This document shows positions 57,457 to 64,000 of a DNA stretch of 64,000 nt, piece after piece. A model generated the notes under the pieces. That model saw only the letters and a program-made list of their open reading frames with translations, was not told the origin of the DNA and searched no databases. The number at the start of each line of letters is the position of its first letter. Position 1 is the first letter of the stretch. The position numbers and the translations under genes were made by a program. Source of the DNA: a virus (Duplodnaviria > Caudoviricetes); the IMG/VR virus record IMGVR_UViG_3300037502_002621, positions 577-64,576 of that record. One strand, 5' to 3'.

Positions 57457-57649
57457 TCAAAAAACCCCATTTCATCGACATATTCAAATTATACCACAAA
57501 TAAATACATAACCCCCATTGAATCCCATATCATTCTTAAAGCATATATAAAACCCATTGTTTTGTTTATAGAAATTTTTAATTGTTTTAGACAAATACCC
57601 CATTGCTTATATAAGTGGGGGGGTCTTTAAGAATACAGACCGTTGGTCT

Positions 57650-57915
57650 TATATATAATATATGTATATATAATTATATACATAAATATTATGTATTTAA
57701 GTAAGATATATATCTAACATATATAACATATATAATCATATACTACATATATAACTAATATAATCATATACATACATATAACAAATATAATCTTATACGG
57801 ATATATACACATATAATATCATATAAAGAAGATTACTTCTTTAAGTAGTATTAAATACTATGTATATTATATAATCTCTAATCACTAACAATGACTTTGG
57901 TATTGGCTAACATAC
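57650..57915. repeat. AT-rich repeat site 2, unit B
   Basis: Homolog of 24455-24720; third repeat matches site 1. Confidence 0.6.
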
Positions 57916-58520
57916 ACTTGAATTGACTGTTTTGTAAAACCAAAAGGCATTAAAAATTTTACGGATTACATTAGGACTCTGTCCCCCATCTTTCGGTGTG
58001 TTTATAATTTGATACCCCACACCCCCCTTCATCTCTTTATCGCTTTACCATGCTAAAGTATATTCGGGCTATCATATAATCGCCTTAAAGTCAAGCCCCT
58101 ATATAACGCAAGTGATCCACCCTATGAAATTTATAACCCCTATTCAATCCCACATAGGAACATTGGTATATCGTGGGAATGGTAAAGGAATATATAATTC
58201 CCACATTGTCCCATATGGGGAACGGAGAGCCAACACCCCCATATTGCTGTATGTTGCCCTATACTGTACGACATAGACTATAATGTAATAGCCTTATTGG
58301 TATCGCCATTTAGTAGTTAATTAGTAGTTATATTGGTAATGGTAGTTATATTCCCAAATGATTTTAAGCGTTTTAAGGCGTGTAATTCATTGGGTGATAA
58401 TAACATACCCTAAACATATTAAAATGTCTGTAATGAGTTATAAATGCCATTAGAATTGATTTGACTATATGGAATTGGTTAAACCATAACGAATATATGC
58501 TAAATGGATCATAAGCAAAT

Positions 58521-58554
58521 AAAAAACCCGTAAAGGTTTTAATTCCTACGGGTT
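58521..58554 (-). terminator. Intrinsic terminator of unit B cassette
   Basis: AACCCGTA..TACGGGTT followed by T-run on minus strand. Confidence 0.75.
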
Positions 58555-58578
58555 ATGGGTTAATTGGTTATATGTGGT

Positions 58579-58827
58579 TTATTGGTTCATACAATCATAA
58601 TAAGATTGTTCTATTTGGCTTAAGTCTAATTGTTTCCCATTCATTCGCACTGTAATATCGTGTTTTGGGTTTTGTTCCATAATTGGCAATATGATTTCGT
58701 AAATATGATCAACCAAATAGCGTGTATCTGTTGATTTGGTTAATTCGCCCTTACGGTCATAATAATCAATGTTGGTTGCTAATGCTTGAATTTGTGGGTA
58801 TAGTCTAATTTCTATGTATGGTTTCAT
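58579..58827 (-). CDS. Hypothetical protein (unit B cassette)
   Basis: 82-aa ORF, last gene before terminator. Confidence 0.65.
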   Translation of the reverse strand: MKPYIEIRLYPQIQALATNIDYYDRKGELTKSTDTRYLVDHIYEIILPIMEQNPKHDITVRMNGKQLDLSQIEQSYYDCMNQ

Positions 58828-58828
58828 G

Positions 58829-59029
58829 TTAGCGTGTTTCCTGTTCTATACTATCGCATAATTTGGTATGTAATTGCTCTAAAGTCTCATAGCCTTCTAA
58901 TAATGTAAAGTAGCCGTTATTCGTTGGGCTAACTGCTTTATAGCCGTTATCGTCTTTTAATATAGTAAAATTATGATATTCGCCCAAATGATTTTTTAAT
59001 TCAATAATGCCTATATATTGATCATTCAT
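58829..59029 (-). CDS. Hypothetical protein (unit B cassette)
   Basis: Likely start MNDQY after TAAGGA RBS. Confidence 0.6.
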   Translation of the reverse strand: MNDQYIGIIELKNHLGEYHNFTILKDDNGYKAVSPTNNGYFTLLEGYETLEQLHTKLCDSIEQETR

Positions 59030-59042
59030 GTTAGCGTGTTCC

Positions 59043-59288
59043 TTAATATAAGACAATCATCACGAAATCATTAAACACAGCATAGACATAACCATTCCAA
59101 ATCATGCCGTCATCATTTAGAAATTGATTTGCTTCATCGTTCCATTTAATCACTGTTCCCGTTTCTAATTGATTCATGGTTTCATCATCTATGTTATAAA
59201 TACATACTACATTTTGCCCGTCTTGATTTGCGTCAATGCTAAATTCGGCATATTCGTAATTGTTAATCATTACTGGTGCTTTACTCAT
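59043..59288 (-). CDS. Acidic hypothetical protein (unit B cassette)
   Basis: 81 aa, AAGGGAG RBS. Confidence 0.65.
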   Translation of the reverse strand: MSKAPVMINNYEYAEFSIDANQDGQNVVCIYNIDDETMNQLETGTVIKWNDEANQFLNDDGMIWNGYVYAVFNDFVMIVLY

Positions 59289-59428
59289 TTTGTTTCTCCC
59301 TTTAATTGTTGTTTGATCGTAAATTGAATTTGTTTGGCAATCGTGCGTTCGTTTGCGTTCGCCTGTTGTCTAATCGTTTCTAAAATATCGTTATCTAATC
59401 GAATGCGAATAACTGTGCTTTTATTCAT
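59285..59428 (-). CDS. Arc/ribbon-helix-helix-like protein (47 aa, not in ORF track)
   Basis: MNKSTVIRIRLDNDILETIRQQANANERTIAKQIQFTIKQQL: alternating strand plus two helices; coupled on both sides. Confidence 0.7.
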   Translation of the reverse strand: MNKSTVIRIRLDNDILETIRQQANANERTIAKQIQFTIKQQLKGETK

Positions 59429-59903
59429 TTTGATACGCTTTAAACATTTCATCAATTTTACTAAATAATACGGGCAACATAATTTCGTTTATTGTTTTAA
59501 CCATTTCTAAATCTTTAAGCGTTTCTAATTTTGCCCGTTCTGTTATATAGGAATAACCACGCCCAACAATAGAAGCCGTTTCCCGTAGGTTGTAAAATGT
59601 TTTCATAAAATCGCATAATTTCCAAATGTCGTTATCACTTAAAGATGAACGGCTAAAAAAACTTTTATATGTATCAAATGCCGTTTGACCATTTCCAAAA
59701 AATAAACCATCAAAATGCTCATGCGATCTAATATCACGGCTCAAATTTGGTTTTTTGTTGTTGGTGTAAGTTTCTACATAACCGAAACCCCAATACCAAC
59801 CACAATCAAATGAAGGGGCTTCAAGGTAATAATTCGCCCCATTTTTGCCCGTTCCTAAAAAATAGATTTTTTTACCAAACGCTTCACCAATTAAACTTTT
59901 CAT
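59421..59903 (-). CDS. Conserved-looking phage hypothetical protein (unit B cassette)
   Basis: YYLEAPSFDCGWYWGFGY motif; start MKSLIG after AAAAGGA. Confidence 0.7.
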   Translation of the reverse strand: MKSLIGEAFGKKIYFLGTGKNGANYYLEAPSFDCGWYWGFGYVETYTNNKKPNLSRDIRSHEHFDGLFFGNGQTAFDTYKSFFSRSSLSDNDIWKLCDFMKTFYNLRETASIVGRGYSYITERAKLETLKDLEMVKTINEIMLPVLFSKIDEMFKAYQNE

Positions 59904-59962
59904 ATTTCCTTTTATCTTACAGGGCTCTACAAGTAAGATTAACAACAACAGCAACGGCTAAC

Positions 59963-60199
59963 CTAAACATTATCACCCCCCTTATAATCCACATTGAACC
60001 ATGTCGCACCAATCCACGATATATATTGAATGGCTTTTACATAGCCCAATTTGATCGCCTGTGCTAATTCCACGCTGTCGCAATCTTTTAATTTTAAGCG
60101 TTTCGCACCCTTGCTGTTTAGTTGAAACCCAATCACTTGATACGCTAACGCCCTTTTGATCGCCCACGCTTTAGAAACCTTAACGGAAAACGATTTCAT
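59963..60199 (-). CDS. Hypothetical protein (unit B cassette)
   Basis: 78-aa ORF in operon. Confidence 0.55.
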   Translation of the reverse strand: MKSFSVKVSKAWAIKRALAYQVIGFQLNSKGAKRLKLKDCDSVELAQAIKLGYVKAIQYISWIGATWFNVDYKGGDNV

Positions 60200-60200
60200 G

Positions 60201-60455
60201 TTATCTGTTCCCCGTTTCTATAATGTCGTATGTTTCATTTGCTTTAATATCTATTTCACTTTTACTGTTATCTAATTCAATCAAAATCGCCAACGCTCTA
60301 CCATAATTGGCAAATGTGGTTGCTGTGTTAATCGTGCGTTCGTATCTACTCGACCATGTCATTTTAACGCCATTACCTTTTACGATCCTATGAGATAAAT
60401 AAGTGATAACCCCATTTCTATTAACTTGAATAACATAACCTTTATTTGATTTCAT
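60201..60455 (-). CDS. Hypothetical protein (unit B cassette)
   Basis: 84-aa ORF, TAATG-coupled. Confidence 0.65.
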   Translation of the reverse strand: MKSNKGYVIQVNRNGVITYLSHRIVKGNGVKMTWSSRYERTINTATTFANYGRALAILIELDNSKSEIDIKANETYDIIETGNR

Positions 60456-60682
60456 TATTTTAACCCCTTTTCGATTTCGCCCATAGCGTTGATAATATCA
60501 ATTTGAATATGTAGGGCTTTTGTATATTCGTCTGTTCCGTCAAATCCATTATTGAATAACTTTTCAATTAGCGTTTCAAATTGGCAATATAAATTATTTA
60601 GATCGCCATATTCTAAACCTTTAATAAATTGCCCTAACTTACTATAATCTGCTCCCCGTAGTTGCTTGATGGTGATTGCCAT
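60455..60682 (-). CDS. Hypothetical protein (first gene of unit B cassette)
   Basis: 75 aa, AGGAGG RBS. Confidence 0.7.
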   Translation of the reverse strand: MAITIKQLRGADYSKLGQFIKGLEYGDLNNLYCQFETLIEKLFNNGFDGTDEYTKALHIQIDIINAMGEIEKGLK

Positions 60683-60712
60683 TTTATAACCCTCCTATTT
60701 GGTTATGCCATT

Positions 60713-60741
60713 ATCTTATAACTATCATTTTGAAAAGTCAA
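60713..60741 (-). promoter_or_regulatory. Sigma70-type promoter
   Basis: TTGACT-17 nt-TAAGAT. Confidence 0.7.
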
Positions 60742-60996
60742 ATAATTTTATTCACAAAATAACACACGATAAAAAAACACACACAGAAACGCATTATTTA
60801 GAATTGTAAAGTTTTTTTAATTTTACTTGCTATTTGTAAAATTCACAAAATAAAACACAGTGCCACATTTTGCCCAATTATATAAAACACGATCGCCCCA
60901 TAACATATAGACATGAAACCAAAACAATCCCACACAGTTTCAAGTCTTACAGAAAACACGATCATTCAAAATGCTAAAATAATTTTGTGGTGCGTG

Positions 60997-61025
60997 AGTA
61001 TAACACATTTGTTTTGTTTAGTCAA
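60997..61025 (-). promoter_or_regulatory. Second upstream sigma70-type promoter
   Basis: TTGACT-17 nt-TATACT with TGn extension. Confidence 0.65.
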
Positions 61026-61195
61026 TAGGACAAAAAAAGCCGATATGATCGCACTTTTTAGAAAACCTCGTATTTATCGCACTTTTAGGCACACCCCTCC
61101 CCCCATGGGGTAAATGACCCCTAAAAAAAGTGATACCCCCTAATTAGTCCCATAAATTTTTGTTTCATTTTTGTAATTAAAAATGTCGTCTAAAC

Positions 61196-61223
61196 AAAAA
61201 ACCATTACAAATCGGTAATGGTT
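61196..61223 (-). terminator. Intrinsic terminator
   Basis: Homolog of 26654..26681. Confidence 0.75.
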
Positions 61224-61262
61224 CTTAGGATTTTAGAAGTGGGGGGACTATTTGATTACAAT

Positions 61263-61796
61263 TTAATCGTCATTGTCGGGTAAAAACAATTCGTTATTAG
61301 ACGCTTCGGTATCTACGTCCGATTTACCAACATCGGTTTGGTATTTGGTTATATCTTTTACACGCAAATCAATGTATTGTTCTAACTCGGCTTCATCGGC
61401 AGACTTCGTTTGTGCGTTATATAATTCCATGTCTAATTTGAAATTCTTATCATCGACAATGGTTGGACTTGGGTATTTGATAATGCCTGTGACGACATAT
61501 ACCCGTCTTGCTCCCCAACGATCAACTGTTCCAGTCATATGAACCATATCGTTAGGTTGTAATGTGCCAAATATAATTCGCAAATGTTTGAATATCACGA
61601 TTAACCATTTCTTGCGTTGGTAATAACCGAATTGAACCCACATCTCGTCATAGTTCTTATGACGCTTTACACGCCTAATGCGTCCATCGCCAGACCAATT
61701 CTTAACACCCAAACCTTCACCAGTTAGATAAAAGGTTTCTGCTTCGGCAGTGCGTGGGAAGAACTTATATTTTCTACCCTTATCAAACTTACTCAT
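61263..61796 (-). CDS. OB-fold/SSB-like protein with acidic tail
   Basis: Homolog of 26721..27254. Confidence 0.5.
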   Translation of the reverse strand: MSKFDKGRKYKFFPRTAEAETFYLTGEGLGVKNWSGDGRIRRVKRHKNYDEMWVQFGYYQRKKWLIVIFKHLRIIFGTLQPNDMVHMTGTVDRWGARRVYVVTGIIKYPSPTIVDDKNFKLDMELYNAQTKSADEAELEQYIDLRVKDITKYQTDVGKSDVDTEASNNELFLPDNDD

Positions 61797-62022
61797 TTGT
61801 TCCTAACCACTTTGTAAATTCGTCTATTCTCTTAAATGTAAGTGGTGCTAAATCGTTCATTGGGAACTCAACGATAATTAACCCACTACTTAATTCACGA
61901 ATCTTGGCGATTCTTTTGAACAAGACACAGTTAATCACAAATCCATCAAGTGAATCTCGGTTGTATGAACAACCAATACTCTTTTGTTTTAATATAGGCA
62001 TTATGACGCTTTCTTTGACCAT
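61789..62022 (-). CDS. Hypothetical protein
   Basis: Homolog of 28974..29207. Confidence 0.65.
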   Translation of the reverse strand: MVKESVIMPILKQKSIGCSYNRDSLDGFVINCVLFKRIAKIRELSSGLIIVEFPMNDLAPLTFKRIDEFTKWLGTNE

Positions 62023-62453
62023 AACTCAACTTCCACCCTTTCGGTAAAAGAATAACACTTTTCAACGATTAGTTCAACTACTTGTGAATCGTCATGCCAA
62101 GCAATACCATTTAATGCGTCTAATATTGCTTTGGCAATATTGTCTAAATCGGGTTTCTTTAACGGGAACACATATTTTTCTGGATTAGTTGCTAATTCTT
62201 TTTTGCTAATTTTAGGTTTAACAAAATAAGCAATAACTTTAACACCAATCGGTGTATTAGGACTAAACAACAAATTAACTTGTTCGTCTTTTGGTTTGAT
62301 CACAATGGGACTTACTTCAAGAAACGAATTGCGAACATTGTTGGCATAATCCACATTTTCTTTTGGCGAATATACACCAATAAACCGACCTTTACGATAT
62401 GCTCGTGGTCGCTTTTGACCAAACGGCTTACCTATAACGACAAACTTAATCAT
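62001..62453 (-). CDS. rusA: RusA-family Holliday junction resolvase
   Basis: KPDLDNIAKAILDALNGIAWHDDSQV. Confidence 0.92.
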   Translation of the reverse strand: MIKFVVIGKPFGQKRPRAYRKGRFIGVYSPKENVDYANNVRNSFLEVSPIVIKPKDEQVNLLFSPNTPIGVKVIAYFVKPKISKKELATNPEKYVFPLKKPDLDNIAKAILDALNGIAWHDDSQVVELIVEKCYSFTERVEVELWSKKAS

Positions 62454-62812
62454 AATTCAATTACCTCAATTTCTATTCTACGAGTTTCACCAGATAGTCT
62501 TGCGATAGATATATTAGCAATTTGTCTTAAAGAAGTATAAGCAACATTGACTAACGCTTCACTAATAAAATCGGCAATGGGCGATAAGATAACATTACTG
62601 CCCGAGAACTCAAAATGTTGGGCAAACTTAGACTTGACGATTTTTTGATCATATACTCTTATGTTGAGTGATACCAACTTATCGTTCGAAAACTTATCTT
62701 GATTTGCTTTTACATATTGCTTAATCAAGTTTGTTTGTAGATAATGTCTAAACACCTTGGTTGATATGTCTAACTTACGATTAAAGTGGTGTAATGATAT
62801 GGTGGTAATCAT
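62450..62812 (-). CDS. Degenerate RusA-like paralog
   Basis: Divergent homolog of 30582..30944. Confidence 0.55.
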   Translation of the reverse strand: MITTISLHHFNRKLDISTKVFRHYLQTNLIKQYVKANQDKFSNDKLVSLNIRVYDQKIVKSKFAQHFEFSGSNVILSPIADFISEALVNVAYTSLRQIANISIARLSGETRRIEIEVIEL

Positions 62813-63138
62813 TTCTTTAATCTTTCTACGGCACGAATGGTGGTAATCGTTCTAAACTCGATGTCTGCCATTAGTTCCATAAACTCTTTGCGTGATTTAA
62901 GTTTATTAACCCCTACATGTTGCCCACCACTTTGTAATGCGATAGCAACTTCATAGTTGTTATTGTTGGTATTTTGGACTAAACGCACACCATACACATT
63001 GTTAAACTTATCTTCAAACACTAAATGTCGAGCAAAGTAGTCCCATCGTTGATTCTTGTATTTATCGGATTTTAAGACCAACATCGCAATAGACGACAAT
63101 AACTTAACCTTGCGTTCTAATTTGGTTGTATTACTCAC
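62809..63138 (-). CDS. Hypothetical protein
   Basis: Homolog of 30941..31267; GTGA-coupled start. Confidence 0.7.
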   Translation of the reverse strand: MSNTTKLERKVKLLSSIAMLVLKSDKYKNQRWDYFARHLVFEDKFNNVYGVRLVQNTNNNNYEVAIALQSGGQHVGVNKLKSRKEFMELMADIEFRTITTIRAVERLKK

Positions 63139-64000
63139 TTGGTTAATTCCTTCCATTGTTTCCAATCGTCTTTAATATGCTTGAATTGGATTATTGATTC
63201 AGGAACAATGCGAGTAATCGTGCCTAATGAATCAACTTCTACGGTCACAACCCACGCACCACTTGTGTTTTGAATACGCTTACCTTTTTCCCAGTCCGAT
63301 TGACTATGTGTCGATGGAACTTCAAAGTAATGGACATTACGATACATAAAGTATAACGACTTGTGGTGATGTCCAACAAAGATAATGTTTGGTTTATCGC
63401 CACCATTTAGTGAGTCTAAATACTTTTGCCCACCATAAGATAACGCATATGACGAACCATCTTGTGGGTGGAACAATTCCATCTTGGCATGTTCGCCTAA
63501 ACGAATGACTGCCGTATTGATACCCAAGTATTTCATATCGGCTCGTTGCGATTCAATACCTTTGCCGATATTCGCACCACCATTTTGAATGTGGAAGTGA
63601 TCGTGGTTGCCTGTAATAAAATAAGTGGTAATACCATCACGCTTTGGGTAATGCTTGACGATATGCTCTAATTGTTCGTCAAACGATACAGCGTGTAATG
63701 AGAATTGATGGTCAGGTCTGCTACGCTTCCAACCTTCGGAAATGTCGCCACAATGATAGATAGTCGTAATGTTTCTACGGACTGCGTAGTCATACAAGTA
63801 ATGTAAGAACGATGTTTGTTCATTAACCGAACCCATGTGTGAATCCGATAACACCATAAAGGTATATTGGTTAGTCGCACCCACTGCGTGTTCATATTCT
63901 TTGCGTTCTTGTTTAAGAATCGTATCAACAGCATATCGTAATGTGCCATCTGCTTCTTGTAGTTTCTTAATTTGATAAATGCCATCGTTGGCAATTTCTT
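63135..64000 (-). CDS. Calcineurin-like metallophosphoesterase (5' end beyond window)
   Basis: Homolog of 31704..32930. Confidence 0.88.
   Translation of the reverse strand, partial: EIANDGIYQIKKLQEADGTLRYAVDTILKQERKEYEHAVGATNQYTFMVLSDSHMGSVNEQTSFLHYLYDYAVRRNITTIYHCGDISEGWKRSRPDHQFSLHAVSFDEQLEHIVKHYPKRDGITTYFITGNHDHFHIQNGGANIGKGIESQRADMKYLGINTAVIRLGEHAKMELFHPQDGSSYALSYGGQKYLDSLNGGDKPNIIFVGHHHKSLYFMYRNVHYFEVPSTHSQSDWEKGKRIQNTSGAWVVTVEVDSLGTITRIVPESIIQFKHIKDDWKQWKELTK

Larger units (their letters stand above)
33137..64000. mobile_element. Tailed phage genome unit B (diverged sister of A, cut by window end)
   Basis: Colinear homologs of unit A genes with many synonymous substitutions and whole-gene indels; 64000 matches A ~32569. 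Confidence 0.95.

Noticed and set aside
1-64000. Alternative genetic code (TGA=Trp or stop recoding)
   Set aside because: Long genes are intact in code 11, Trp is TGG, and TGA ends coupled genes

Overview
The window is entirely phage DNA, with no host genes. It holds two related but clearly different copies of a low-GC tailed-phage genome joined head-to-tail. Unit A is 1-33136. Unit B runs from 33137 past the window end; position 64000 matches A position ~32569, implying a unit of ~31.4 kb. Almost all genes are on the minus strand and gene order is the same in both units. Each unit carries a recombination/DNA-metabolism block (SSB and SSB-like paralogs, DUF1071/Sak3-like annealase, RusA and a degenerate RusA paralog, metallophosphoesterase). 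Each also carries a packaging/head block (TerS, TerL, SPP1-like portal, scaffold, major capsid), a compact neck/tail block with no recognisable tape measure, a large tail fibre and a cluster of membrane proteins with no recognisable endolysin. I found no integrase, repressor, helicase or polymerase. The units differ by discrete swaps: different tail-fibre tips, unrelated early-gene cassettes in opposite orientations, and A-only genes (C5 DNA methyltransferase, PP-loop/PAPS-reductase-like protein, MazG-like protein, 33-aa membrane peptide). Notable non-coding elements are a stand-alone 67-nt tRNA-Met-like RNA with its own promoter and terminator, a second candidate structured RNA, two homologous AT-rich repeat sites per unit, tandem pseudoknots before the scaffold gene and an rrn-type boxA. 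A wall-less Bacilli host (Acholeplasmatales/Izemoplasmatales-like) is an inference only. The A-B tandem could be a real heterodimer or an assembly chimera of two strains; the sequence alone cannot decide. All product calls come from motif recognition by eye; no searches were run.
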